Shown here: positions 50,614 to 64,000 of the stretch, piece after piece
Layout of the letters: every line of letters begins with the position of its first letter
How positions within the stretch are numbered: the first letter of the stretch is position 1
Assembly: GCA_951406725.2 (NCBI GenBank)
Contig: OX597815.1
Span: forward strand, 106,330,001 to 106,394,000
DNA from: Octopus vulgaris
Lineage: Eukaryota
Direction: 5' to 3'
DNA: 64,000 bases
Position numbers and translations under genes: made by a program
Notes under the pieces: generated by a model
The model's input: the letters and a program-made list of their open reading frames with translations, nothing else
Databases searched by the model: none
Told to the model about the DNA's origin: nothing

Positions 50614-50750
50614 GTACTTGTAGATTTCTTTTTAAAAAACAAGTCTAGAGTTATTTGCTTTAGAATTTCTCGGTAACACGCAGAAGCATTTGTTATGGTA
50701 GTAGAAACTTTTGCACTTCATTCAAAATTTGGATCTTGTGCCTGAAAAAT
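50614..50750 (-). mobile_element. Tigger/pogo transposase C-terminal remnant
   Basis: FQAQDPNFE*SAKVSTTITNASACYREILKQITLDLFFKK resembles Tigger FEAQDPNVER..KV...V.NAI.CYR.IY....QTSLD.FFK. Confidence 0.65.
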
Positions 50751-51421
50751 AAAATTTATAATGTGAAGTATTTACACAAATTTACTTGGTAAGTGCTACA
50801 CCCAAAGGTCATCTTTCTTTAACAATTTTTATGGATTTTCTGTTCCCTTGTTGTCACCACTTGAAATGCTGCAAAGGATGTTAATGTTTTTAAACATTTA
50901 TTTTGTTCTCAAGCACTGATATTTACTGCATTGTGTTGACCTTGTGTACATAATTTTTCTTTCATTTTCACTACTGTTGATAACAGAAATATTCATGTTT
51001 GTGTCATCTACATTACACTTTTCTATCAGTATTTTCAATATCAATTGAGGAAGAACTTTCAAATTTGTCTTTAGAAATTGCTGGTGCCAATAATGTAGCA
51101 TTTGCATCATGTTCTAGAAATAATGAGCACAAGAATCTCTTCACTTATAATTCGATTGGTTCCAAATTTTCAATCCTTAAACAAGAGGCAAGTTCACACA
51201 GAAATAATATTGTAAACAATGGTTACTTTCTTCAATGTACTACTGCTGTGGCTGTTCTGAAATTGCTAAATGTGGCCGGTCTTTAAATTTACTGGCTATT
51301 TTGCCTTGATGTATAATGAGTTATATAATCAAGATTATGAAACTATTAGCAGTAAAATGCAAGCTAGAATATACATTATTTGAAAAATTAGGTAGATTTA
51401 TAGCTATCCACTTGATAACTA

Positions 51422-52109
51422 TTGTGTTGAATCAAAAAACGCTTTCATTGAAGCCTCCAACTCATTGGTTGATGAAGTGTCACAAGTGCAGGAAGTAAGT
51501 CATGGACCAGAACAACAGTCTGAGGGAGATATTTTTCTGCAATCCTAACAAGCATAAGCAGAGGCCAGCTTCCAGAATTTGTCACTAAATATGGGCGTTT
51601 CAAATACAAGCTGATGCTCTACATCTGGTGGAATTATGAGTGGATAATCCACTACAAATTCATTCTGGATGGTTGATTCATCATTGCCAGCCTGTACTCC
51701 AAACAGCTGGAGCAGATGTATGCCATTCTGCAGCAAAAATACCCTGGCATTAGTTAACAAAAAGCAAGACCTCACACTGCTTGAACAACACAGATTAAAC
51801 ACCAGGAGCTTGAGGAAATCAAACCCTGCATATTGTCCAAATCTAGCTCCCTCAGATTATTTCTTGTTCCAATCCATGGCTCATTTCCTGTGCGTCTACT
51901 AAGAGGAGGTGGAAGTTTTAGTGAAGGAGTTCTTTGCCTCACAAGACAAGAACTGATATCAGAATGGAATTAAAGAACTGGCAGAAAGGTGATGTCAGAT
52001 AGTGCAACACATTGGCCTCTACTCTACTTTGAATGCTGGGCTGCTTTTGTTGGAACTTGACAAAGCAAATAAATCACCAAAATACTGGAAAACGTTTGAC
52101 TCAACACAA
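51422..52109 (+). mobile_element. Internally deleted mariner element with TIRs and TA TSD
   Basis: ttgtgttgaatcaaa / tttgactcaacacaa flanked by TA; PAYCPNLAPSDYFLFQSMAHFL. Confidence 0.85.
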
Positions 52110-55100
52110 TATTTTCATTAGCTGTGTTATGTTAAAAAATACACTAGATCTAGTTAAATTAGCAACTCTGGAATAAAGATGAAAAAAAAAACAAAATAAT
52201 GGAATGTGAAAACAGTAGTTGTGCAGCATGTCAACTTGCAAAGAAACTGAAATTAAACATGAAGCAATCTATGTTTAGCATTTATTTATTAAAGATTTCA
52301 TTTTTGTAATTAAAAAAATTAGCATCCAAACAAGAGATTGTTAAGCTTGATTAAATTTTTTTGAGTTCTTGATTATTAATTAAAAATATATTGATGAAAC
52401 AATTAAGATTGAACGACAATACACATAATAGTTAGGTCTCTCTATAAGTATTTATTCGCTTATGATTATATACAACACTAAAGAAAAATAGTTTTCTTTT
52501 TGTCCTAGACAACACTGTTAGTGTCATAAAACTGCCTAATTTCATTTTGCTGCTTAATTAGAATGATTGTTCTTCAATAAGAAATTGATAATCACTTTGT
52601 CCATCTACCTATACTACTGTCAACTGTATTCATTGCATCCATGTCTATCTCTCAACAGTTTGTTCACTCTTGTGGTAAATAAGTACAGCTCATTACTATC
52701 AGCAGTGGACTATTTTATCTGTATTTTACTGAATTCATTCACCCATAGACTGAAAAAGTGGAGTAACTTACCCTCCATACACTACATGAATTCAACTTTT
52801 GTGTTGGTGTCTGTCACACTCATTTATCTTTTTAAATTCTGCTTATTGCTATGTTAACTCATGTTTCTACCTACTTCCTGGGAACCTACATTTTCTAGTT
52901 GGTTGATTAATAATCTAGTGAGGAGTGTTAGTGTTAACATTAATAATGTTGGCTAAAAGTGTTAAGAAAATTAAATTATAATAATGTTCAATTTGCTAGT
53001 TGACCAACTGTAGACTGTTTGGAAACAGTGATTTAACTAATTAAAAACCTAAAGTATACTCAGGTATACAGAAGAGAAATGCTTAGCTGATAACAAGTAG
53101 TGCCATTGCATTAACATTTACTTTTCCATACTAGCATAGGTCAAACAAAATTTCGTTGAAGCAGAATTTTTAGTCAGGTGCCCTTCCTGTTGTTAGTCTC
53201 TCCTGTTTCCAAACAAGATAATATTTCCCATGGCCAGACATATTTTTCAGTTATGATTGATGCTTATTTACAACCATCATGTGGAGTCAAGACAGGGGTA
53301 CATACACACACATATGTGCAAAAACATATATGTCAGGCTTTTGTCAGTTTCCATCTACCAAATCCACTCACAAGGTTTTGGTTGGCCTGGGGCTACAGTA
53401 GATGTCCAAGGTCCTGAGACTACAGGTTGGGAAACAAGCTTAGCACCAATCAGATTGCTGCTTTACAGTAATTATTCCAGCTCTCTACACATTCAGTTCA
53501 AATCCTACTGAGATCAACATTGCTTTACATCCTTTTCAGGTAAATAAATACCAGTTCTGTACTGGGGTCAATTCATCTCTTCCTTCCACTAGTTCTGTCT
53601 GGCCATCTTCCTTCCTGAAAGAAATCAGCTGTGGTCAAACCTGAACAGGAATGGGCTCCATGCAATTTGTCCAAGATATGCTGTATAACACAGTGGCATA
53701 CCTACAACTCTGTCAAGAGGTTGATGGCCCAAATCAAGGTAAAAGCATCAATAAATGGAAGAGAATGCTAGGTATGTTGTACTTGTCAGTTGAGCAATGA
53801 AAGTACAGCTTCACTGTGACTTACCAAAGTAATTAATTATCAAATCTCTAAATAAACAATAATTGTTCATTTGATGGTGTAAGAGGAATACTGACAGTAA
53901 ATTTGTAGATCATACTGCTTCACTAGACAATATATATTTTTGATATTCACAAATAGGCCTTATTGTACATATTTCTACAGCTGTGTCAATATATTCTCCT
54001 CTATTTCATACAGTACACAGATTATCATCTCTTTGATCAAAGATTTCCTGTCAAACCATTGTGTACCATCACAGCATTCTCCAGTCTATATTCTGTTAAC
54101 TCTAATGTACCCCTGGGTTCACTCATACCCCATGTACTTTTCCTTTATAAATTATTTTGCTATTTATTCTAACAACATACTTTTATACATATGAGGCCAT
54201 CCTTCCTTCTTCAATAACCTTTCTATACAATCTAGAGACTGCATGCCAAACATGCACCTGTACTGTGGACAAAGACGTTTTAAACATCTGCATTCAACAT
54301 TACCAACAGTCAAATATGAAGAAACAACACCACATTATCTCAAGTTGTAGCTAAAATCTTTGAAGACTTTCTGAGAGCAGCCCACTTTCCATGCTGGCAT
54401 GGGTTGGACGGTTTGACTGAGGACTGGCAAGCCAGAAGGCTGCACCAGGCTCCTCCAATCTGATCTTGACTGTTAAAAAATATTTAAGCCCTAAACAGTT
54501 GTTAAACCTCTATAAAACACAACCAGGCACATTTGGTTTCAACAAAGTTCATAACAAAGAAGTCATACAGCTGATTAACAAAGACCTAGTCATCAGCTAC
54601 AACCATAGTGCTACTGGTAATATGTAACCCAGTACAACCTGAGGGATCATTGGAAACTAAACCAGTAACCCCACCAAGCTTGCTTGGTGGGGAGGGTGAT
54701 TTATTGGACATACAGGATATAAAACAAAGCCCATCAAAGGGTGGGAGAGTTCAAGAGAACCAACAGCCAAGCAATAAATAATATAATATAATAATAATGA
54801 AATTATTGTATATAGTGCTCAGGTGCACCATAGCTTGTCAAAAGTGCATATAAAGCATGCGCCTTAATGTACAGATGTCTAAGAGCATAAAGTGTGAAGG
54901 TGCATGACCAAGTAGTTAGGGTGTAACATTCACAATCACAAGATCATGATTTTGATTCCCAGACTTGGCTGGGATTAGTGTTCTTGAGCTAAACATTTCA
55001 TTTCACATTGCTTCAGTCTACTCAGCTGTAAATAGGTAACCTTGTAATAGATTGGCATACAAGGGTGAGATGGTGACTTGGGAAAATTACCAAAATGGAA

Positions 55101-58100
55101 GTCTCAAGCCACATTTTGTGTTTAGCAATCAAAAGGATGAATAGTACAAGCCATACTGATCCCAACTGGTTTGGATCAGTTGTTCATCCTCATCTAAGAA
55201 TGATGATGACAATCATAGCCCTACTGTCTATTTTTTTCTGTCTCTTCTGCAGCTAAGCAAGCTATGTACCACCTTCTCCTTGGCCCACCTGTTGCACCCA
55301 TCTTTTCACTATGTACTAAGCACTTTACCTAAACCATTCATTTTACTGTTGGAAGTTTAAACTGAACTTTGATGCCCCCACCCTGGCAAGGGCAGGGACA
55401 CTGATCAGCAATTGTTACACACAGATGTACTGGTGATCTGCTGGTCTACACAAAGTAAGTATTGTTTATATTCACAGATAGACTGATCACACACTGTACA
55501 CACAATATATGTTGATTATACTTGATATACACTGGTCATTAAAATTACTACACACACTGATTACCCATTGCTTTATGTAAAATGAGACCAAATGAGAAAA
55601 TTAGTTTAAAGCAATTCTGATAGAATTAAATAAATTTTGGCAGCCTAATGTTTTTATTCTTGGCTGTTTTTTATGAAATCTTACAGAAAAAGGAGGTGTT
55701 TATTGACAGATTGGAGCCACACTTGGCAGACTTTCAGTCCATTGTAATCTTGTACAAGTCAAATTTTTTAAACTTATTTTATGTAACGCCTTGCACCTAT
55801 CTTCTCTTTGCCACCCTCTATAGCTGTAATATAAAGACTTTGATATAATTATATCTTTGGAATCTTGATCAGTTTAATTTCTTGTTTTGTAATATGGAAG
55901 TTTGAATCATGGAAAAAACACTTTTGTAAAGCAATTTGATCATATACTTAATATAGCTTGTTTTGAAATATTTTTTTCTCTTAGCTCTTTTTCTAAACTG
56001 CCATTCAAAAATTTGTTTTTTCACAAATATACTTATAGTGGCTCAACAAATATTCCAGCTCTCTGTTTTAGGGGAAATATTTTGTTGCTATTTTATGAAA
56101 TTGTTTGGATTTTTTTTTACCTCATATTCTTCCTTCTTGATGCATTAGTTAGTCCATCATCCAGAAAACTTATGATGTAAAGTGCTTCAGCCATGACAAT
56201 TTACTCTTATATTCAGATAGTTTATTTAGGCTTACATTAGTTAATATATCATTCTCTTTTTAAGTCAGTATAGTGTGATTTGAAAGAGATTTAGCTACTA
56301 CTTGTAAAAGGTTAGTGACCATATTAAAAGTAATTTCTTTTTAGTAATGTGAATAATACTTATCTATACCAATCTGCCAAAAAGGAATTGTTTTGTTTTT
56401 CTCAGCTTTCTTAGAATCAGCTGATATATAAAATATAGCAGTTAAAGATAAAGGATAGAGTAAATATTCACAGAAAATAGTTGAATCAATATTTAAACAC
56501 ATTTTTACTTGAGTTAGAGTAATTTAATCTACAGATTGCACTTCAATAAGTTTGTATTAATTTTGATCACATGGTATTTGGATAAATATGTGGGTTACCA
56601 TTATTAATGTATTATGGCTTTTAGGTATCAGCTTTTAGGTAATAACACATCTTCCAAATACAAAATCTCTCTCTCTCTCTTTCTCCCCGTCCCTAATGAA
56701 ACCCAAAAGCTACACAAGATGCATTATTGGTGCATCTCATAATTCATGAATGAGATTGTTTGTCAACTTCATCTGAAGTCAGTTTTGTGGGAGAACCAGT
56801 CTGACAGAATCCATAGCAGAATTTAAATTCAGCACTGCAACTTAAAGAAACACTCATTCATCATCTACAGACTAAAACTGCTACTTGCAGCTGTTGACTT
56901 TATTTATCTATGATACACATGAACAGTTAAGTGTCTTGACTACAATAACAATTAACTCTTCAACTAAATGTCCACCATACAAATGCTCAGTTGTGATTCC
57001 TCAGACAAGAAGATGTTGGTATCATTTAATGAGGAAGTAATGAGCTTAGATCACAAAATGTTGCTTCTCCCACAGAATATAACACAGGTTTAAGATAAGT
57101 AGTGATTTGCCATATTGTATATCTTTCCAACTGAGAAAAACAAGCACTAAAACCTTTTATCATCAATATCATAATAACCAATTCAGACAAATATAGACAG
57201 CCATACCAGGTTGCAACAATTGCTACCATATCAGTGAAACTACAGCTCATAGGTTCCCAAGAATGACATAAGAGATAAGCTCTAAACATATTCTGTTTGT
57301 TGAGATTTCAACTCCTAAAAAGATATACACACCACATACATCCAATCTTATGCTCTGGTATATAGGACCATTTGTGTCTATTCAAAAGACACTAGTAATA
57401 TAGAAATTTAGCACAGAATTATGTCAGAAATTCAGATTATAAAACAATGTTTTTCATGGAACCTGGGCCAACTATCTAGAACCAAGGTAGTGCATCTTTC
57501 AAAGTGCTGGTTTAACAATTACTGATACTTAACATAACAAAATTGTACCCACAGTATACAGAAGAAAGCATATAAAATGTAGAACAATTAGCGTTGTAAG
57601 TGTACCTCCAGAATGACCTTAATTTTTATAACTACAACAAAGTAAAAAAAAAATGCAAAGTGTATGTTTTATGCTTATGGTAGCCAAAACACAGACCATT
57701 TAAAGTATTTGGTTTCAGTGTTTATGTAAGAAATGTCTCCTGCGTCTTATATTAAATCATGAAATTTTAAAAGTTAAATGTTACAAGTACTCTTACTCCA
57801 AAATATTATAAAGACATTTTTTTCTTTGTTTATATCTGATTATTTACTGGTGTTAAGAAAGGCATCTAGCCATAGAAATGAAGCCCAAATCAGCCTGGAG
57901 CCTGGTACAACTCTCCAGCTTACCAATTCCAATCAAACCATCTAACCCATGCCAGCATGGAAAACAAATGCTAAATGATGATGATGATGATGATGATGAC
58001 GACGACAACGATCTGTGTAATCACTCTCTCCAATACCAACCTAGATTAGATCACTCTTTGTTTCTTTTTATCAACTCATTGAAGGTCACCTTTTGACTCA

Positions 58101-59519
58101 TGTTACCAAATCACTAAAAACTACCCTTGGTCTTGTGTTACAAATGTACAAATGTACTCTAGACCACCCTTGGTCTCATGGTGCCATTAGTTTCATGCTA
58201 TCTATCAACCCTAGCCATTCTTTGGTTTTATTACCAATCTAAAACAACACTTGGTCTTGTGTAAACTTATCCAACACCAATATCTATATTGAAATTAAAT
58301 CTCAGTTGAAATCTCATTATCGCATCAATAACTAAGAGTCAATGGTAGCAGTCCAACTATAATTTTGCCCATAAGTTATAAGTTATATTCCAAATAATAA
58401 TGGGAAAATTAGTTATGTCAGATCGCTTTGAATACTGCAGGTAACAAGTAGTCCAGCATATTTCGTTACATGACCAGATCATCAGTGACTAAACCAGCAC
58501 TCCTACCAGGCTAACCTGGTGTTATTAGAGACTCAAGTGAACAAAGCACACCCTATCAAAAGGACAAGTAAACCCAATGTAGAGTCAATTACTGTCTGCA
58601 AAAGTGCATAATGATATAGAAATATTCAAAGTAGTGAATGAGCATACTTTTAAGACCATTTGAGGAGTGATGGACTGCTGGCTCTTATCAGAACATCTAT
58701 CCAAGAGAAGATCAGGGATGACCTATCTGAATTCAAATCCCTGTTGTCTTGCTAGTCCCTTTGACTAGGAAGGATTAAGAAAAGGATTGGTATAATCCAG
58801 TTGATTCATCTCTTTCTTGGCTTAGCTTGGCTTGGCTTGGCTTCATGCTCTTGTTTAATGGGGCTGGGGTCATTCCAAATTCATGGTCCCAGAAGCATCA
58901 TCATGCATAGAGCCAATCCTGGAGGCAGCTTTCCTCAGAGTGTGGGCACAGGTGCTAATGGCTTTTGTGAACCACCTCATGCACTCCATGTACCAATGGT
59001 GTATAGCCATTTTGAACACCCAGGCAGGGTATACACAGTATTGAACATGTCACACCTGACAATCTTGATGTGCTGGATCCACCCACTACTAGAACACATG
59101 ACAACGCCCCATAGACTGTGGTCAAAGTGCATCCAAGAAATTGACTTTATCACTGACAAAATAAAATTAAAACATATTTCACAGTTGCACACATCTTGTG
59201 TTTCTTTTGCGGTTCAGTGTAAATAACCTCACACACAAGTACATAGTAATCACTTATTCTCATGTAATTTCTTCTTACAATGTGATTATTTTCAAAACCT
59301 TTAGTGATGTGTTCCAGTTTAAAAACTAGAAGTATGCAATTAAAACTTCAGCCATGGGTGGCCTAGAACTTGCCTCAACATAACAATAAAGAATGCCACT
59401 CATTGGTGGTCTTAAGAAGAGTCACCTAAATCATGAAGCTCAGAAGATGGTTTCATTCAAAATAGAATGAACAAACATCATATCTCTTTAGCTCAAACAT
59501 TTAATGCATTTATATCCTT

Positions 59520-59945
59520 CTGATCCCTCGGCTTTGAGGAATAGGCTCCAAATTCAACACAAGACGCCTGAAGACGGCTGAAGCATACAACAACTGAAAC
59601 ATTGTGAAAGTAACAATCAAGATGAGGACACCAGTCCGACTAATATAAATCATCATCATCATCATCATTTAGCATCTGTTTTCCATGCTAACATGGGTTG
59701 GACAGTTTGACCAGAGATGGTAAGGCCAGGGGCCTCACCAAGCTCCATTGTCTGTTTTGACACAGTTTTTACAGCTGGGTGCCCTTCTTAATGTCAACTA
59801 CTCCATAGAGTGTACTAGGTGCTTTTAACATGGCACCAGCATGAGTGCTTTTCACATGATACCAGCAATAGTATCAATTCTGCGGGGGTGGACTGGTCTT
59901 CTTGAGTGTATATATAATATAAATTCCTCATCTCAGTAATATAGA
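59520..59945 (+). mobile_element. Hammerhead-like tailed repeat related to 10500-10640, interrupted by an antisense SINE (~59651-59905)
   Basis: gaggaataggctccaaattc..aagacgc-CTGAAGA-cggctg..caact-GAAAC-att-gtg..aacaatcaagatgaggaca parallels 10511-10612. Confidence 0.6.
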
Positions 59946-61229
59946 ATAGCATTAATCTCTGAAATATTTCAGTCAAATATCACATCTAATCACAAAAAGA
60001 TATTGTGTCAAATTAGTAAGAGTTGATTAGTGAAAATATCAAGTAACGGAAATTTGATACAAACAAAACTCAGAAGTGATTTTGTGTAACTTATATTTGT
60101 CATTACTTGAATTTTAAGTTATGTCAAAAAGCAAAGATCATGAAATAGCAGGTATATAATTTAAATCACAATAATAGGTAAAAGAGAAAGACCAAACAGA
60201 ATTGTGTGAGGTCAAGCCAAGGACATTAGTGACGTACTACAATAATAATGTAAAGACAAAATTATTGAGTTTACGTAGTTTTGGATTCAAAACTATAACA
60301 TATATTTTACTGACTCTGGAGTGAACACTTTATTCTATATTGTCATGCATTATTGAATTATCAGTACTATTTAGGAAAATTATCTGAGCTACACAGGAAT
60401 CTTCTAGGGTAATTTGTATCTTATCTATTTAACATTTCAAAGCAAACACCAGTTTTGTCAATTGCAAACTTGCTTTTAAAAATTAACATCCATGAATAAT
60501 AAGTCTACCATACTGTACATTCTCACTTGTAATCCCTTTACATCTCATCCATAAGACTCAGTATCCTTAAATCTGGCCTTGTCTTCTTCCACAGGTATCC
60601 TCTGCTGACAGGTTTCTAATGGTGATGGTTCGGTCAAACTAGTTGGTGGATTAACCTTTTTGATACCAACCTACCCAAGACTGTCCTCAGTTTAATGAAA
60701 CAAATTTTATGTTTAAAGTGATTTAAATTAATAAATTAAAACCTTTCATCAAAATTTCAATTTTATCATAAGTTCTAAACACCATCTTAATAATGCCAAA
60801 GTTAATTTACTAAATTCTTCTTTATTTTCAATATTAATTGAAACAAAACCAGTATTTCAACTGAAATATGATGACAAAAGGGTTAAGTTTACCACTCACA
60901 GACAGTTTCCACCAAGGTTTACCTTCAAAATTTATCTCAACTCCAGTCTATGGCAGAAGACATTTTCTACAAAGTGTGATCAAACACGGAGCTGTAAGAT
61001 TGCAATGTAAATTTCTAACTCTTAGCTATGATTGTAGCCTAAGAACACATGGCAATGTCTTCAATTATATATAGATTCATAACCCACTACCACAATTTTA
61101 TATAATTTTGCAGCATCTTATCTTGTCATGAAACCTTCCATCACTAGAAGTCACTTGATACAACCCTTAGGCATCAGTCTGCCACTCGATGTCATCAGTT
61201 GAAATGATCCCATCACATGGTGCATCTTT

Positions 61230-62274
61230 GCAGTGCTTCCTCACCTGTTTGTTGATTTTTGTGATGGCTGAAACGAAAGGAACAGTGTGTTTCTGTGAAA
61301 TTCTGTTTTCTGCTGGGGAAAACGGCAGCCAAAACAGTTATCATACTTCAAACAGTTTACAAGGCTGCTGCCATGAGCAAAACACAAGTTTATGAGTGGT
61401 TTAGGAATGGTCACTTGTTGCTTGAGTATCAACCTTGTTCAGGGCGACCATTAACCTCCCAAATGAATGAAAACATGAAAATTCCTGAACTGATCTTGGA
61501 GGACTCTCACCAAACAATTGATGAGCTTGTTGATATGACTGGTGTGTCCTGGAGCTCCTGCCAACGAATTTTGAGCAAGGAATTTCAAATGAAAAGAGTT
61601 GCATAAAAGGAGGCATAAACGAAATTTATGCCTCCATGGAAAACAACATTCAAACGAGGTTGTTGCCAATGTCACTGGACTGGTTCCCAAGCAGGTGGCA
61701 CATAAAAAACACCATTTGGGAGTGGCTGTCGCCAGTCTTGCTTAACTGGCCCTCGTTCCGGTGGCACATAAAAAGCACCCACTACACTTTTGGAGTGGTT
61801 GGCATTAGGAAGGGCATCCAGCTGTAGAAACTCTGCTAGATCAGATTGAAGCCTAATGCAGTCATCTGGCTCGTCAGTTTGCAGTCAAACCGTCCAACCC
61901 ATGCCAGCATGGAAAGCAGATGTTAAATGGTGATGATGATGATGATGATGACTTGCTCACAGATCAAAAGCAGTCATGACTGAATGCATGACATGAACTG
62001 AAAGAACAGTTGGAAGTTGATCCAGACCTTTTTCGTGATGAAAGTTGGTGTCACAGAATTTGCAGGTGTGGAAGGGGTAAAAAAAATAATGGTGGCATTA
62101 AAAGGCATCACTTCACAAGAGTTCCAGTACTGCTTCAAAAGTGGAAAATGCACCTGGACTAATGCATTGCTTCAAATGGAGAATACTTTGAAAGTGATAA
62201 AAGTGTAAACATGTAAAACTAAGTGAATGAAATAATATTGCAAAATTCTGGTTTCTTTTGGGTACCCCCTTGTA
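61230..62274 (+). mobile_element. Mariner (irritans-like) remnant interrupted by a SINE (~61645-61950)
   Basis: KFCFLLGKTAAKTV...SKTQVYEWF...SGRP...QRILSKEFQMKRVA HTH region; C-terminal ALKGITSQEFQYCF; end ttttgggtacccccttgta. Confidence 0.8.
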
Positions 62275-62507
62275 CATATAATGAATATTGAGATAGAGAA
62301 ATAACTCAGAGTGATCAGGGGCATGAATATGGACAACAGAAACAAATAAAATTATTTAAAATGCCATACAAAATAAATTCTTGATTTATTTTGTATGGCA
62401 TTTAGAATCAGACATTTTGATTGTCTTGCATCAAGAAGACAGTTCTAGATATGTCTTTTTGACTCAAGAGGTATTGTTCACACAGCAGGTGTCCTGCCAT
62501 CACTTCC

Positions 62508-62870
62508 TCATCATCATTTAACATCCATTTTCCATAGTGGCATGGGATGGATGGTTTAACAGAGCTGGCAAGCTGGAGGGCTGCACCAATTCCAGTCATC
62601 TATTTTGGCATGGTTTCTATGGCTGGATGCTCTTCTTAATGCCAACCACTTTACAGAGTGTACTGGGTACATTTTATATGACACCAGCACAGGTGCTTTT
62701 ACATGGCACCAGCATGGGTGCATTTTTACATGGTTCCAGCACAGGTAGTTTTTACATGGCAACAGCATAGGTACTTCATATGTGACACTGGCTTGGGTGC
62801 TTGTTATGTGATGCCAGCCTTGATGCTTCTGATGTGGTGCTGGAACATGCTTTTTACATGGTACCAGCAC
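62508..62870 (-). mobile_element. SINE of the (GAT)n-tailed family with a ~25-bp minisatellite (other copies at ~27680, 36170, 47170, 54380, 57850, 59651, 61770)
   Basis: catcatcatttaacatccattttccat...gcatggg; repeated ttttacatggcaccagcacaggtgc units at 62670-62870. Confidence 0.7.
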
Positions 62871-64000
62871 ATATATTTGTATGTGAAGAATCAACACAGC
62901 CATACATATGTGCAGCAATGTGAAAAATCATCCTAATTATCAATTTTCTGTTGAAGATTTCTGGCACTTCTAAAACATGATGTTTATATAAGTTTGACTG
63001 TGTTGCATGAAGCTTTGTAATAACATAGCAATAAATTATGTATATAAACTGATAACAAGTCTTTGTCATAACTCTGCTAGAATTGGTGACCCCAACACGA
63101 TACAAGCACACAAACCTCACTACACATCTATAGTATTCATCAGCTTAATGTATAAGCAAGATATTTTGTATATTGTACTGGGTATCCAACAGTGGACCCC
63201 TAACTCAGGAGTTCCATAGTTTTGAGGAGTATGGAACCACCTCTTAGCCTCCATTGTTCTGGACTGGAGTAGTTACACTTTTCAGAGTCTTGGCTATGGA
63301 TTAATTAACATGGAATTGCCTCCAGATGAAGGTCACTCACAGACATCCCCATAGACCCAGAGTAGATGAAGCCCTTCAGCTCTTTAACTCCATACAGATC
63401 CTGCATTCAGATAACTACCGGACTCGTGACATCTGTTGCGTCAGACAATTACAAGTTTAAAGGACGGGAGAGTGGGACTGGCTCTGTGCAGACCATGCCC
63501 ATTATAATAATATTCATTGTGCAGATTGTTCAGCGAACCAAGACACCAGCACCAATATAATCATACTTTCTTCGTAAGTCCAGTGGCAGTAGGGAAAAAG
63601 GCGATGGCGACAGGTAGATAATGCAACTGGAAGTCTTCAGCTTTGACACACAGGTGGTCATAGGGCAAAAAGAAGATAATTCAAGTGTCTTGCTAAACCC
63701 TCATTCGTAGAAGCGATGAAAGAGTCCATCAACATATTTGTTTAGTAATGCATTAATATACAGTATAAAGTCATTGTCCTACCCCACGTTTGTATATAAA
63801 TTTATGTGTATTCTCAGATGTTTATGAAAACCTTTATAACATGTTGTTATGTGTATGAATGATTCCTGGCAGTTTATTACTACAGGTGAATAAGCTGACG
63901 CTCGAGATTAACCGTATGTAACTATTCTGACTCCCATACAAATTTTAAAACGAGCCCTTTTCTTTATATATGCACGTGTGCGTGTGTGTGTCGAGAGAGA

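Noticed and set aside
52200-61000. Additional protein-coding gene downstream of SRRM1
   Set aside because: Only short compositionally biased ORFs and SINE/MITE fragments; I could not build a consistent exon chain, though small exons of a long-intron gene cannot be excluded.
62670-62870. Regularly spaced ~25-bp repeats as a CRISPR or regulatory array
   Set aside because: Degenerate head-to-tail minisatellite internal to a common SINE family; no spacers.

Overview
AT-rich, repeat-dense eukaryotic DNA. The repeat families look like those of Octopus/coleoid cephalopods; this is an inference from recognised repeat types, not a database result. The only intact protein-coding gene is a 15-exon SRRM1/SRm160 orthologue on the + strand (ATG 14284 to TAG 47871, 3120 nt spliced CDS, 1039 aa). 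All introns are GT-AG and phases are consistent. It encodes an N-terminal PWI domain, a long RS/SP-rich disordered region, a lysine-rich tract and a C-terminal 'LREKAL' helix. The rest is transposon debris: RTE LINEs, an L1/Tx1-like ORF1 remnant, mariner elements, a DD37E Tc1 element, a Tigger fragment, hAT and piggyBac MITEs, and many tRNA-derived SINEs. There is also a Penelope-like (PLE) landscape that the ORF track shows poorly: GIY-YIG and RT remnants, a ~600-bp foldback, and up to six type-I hammerhead-ribozyme-like motifs. One of these is nearly intact and antisense in SRRM1 intron 1, and one is fused to a tRNA-derived SINE head. SRRM1 intron 9 contains a cluster of unexplained strong splice signals (candidate poison exons, microexons or recursive sites). 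All calls were made by eye; none was checked against a database.
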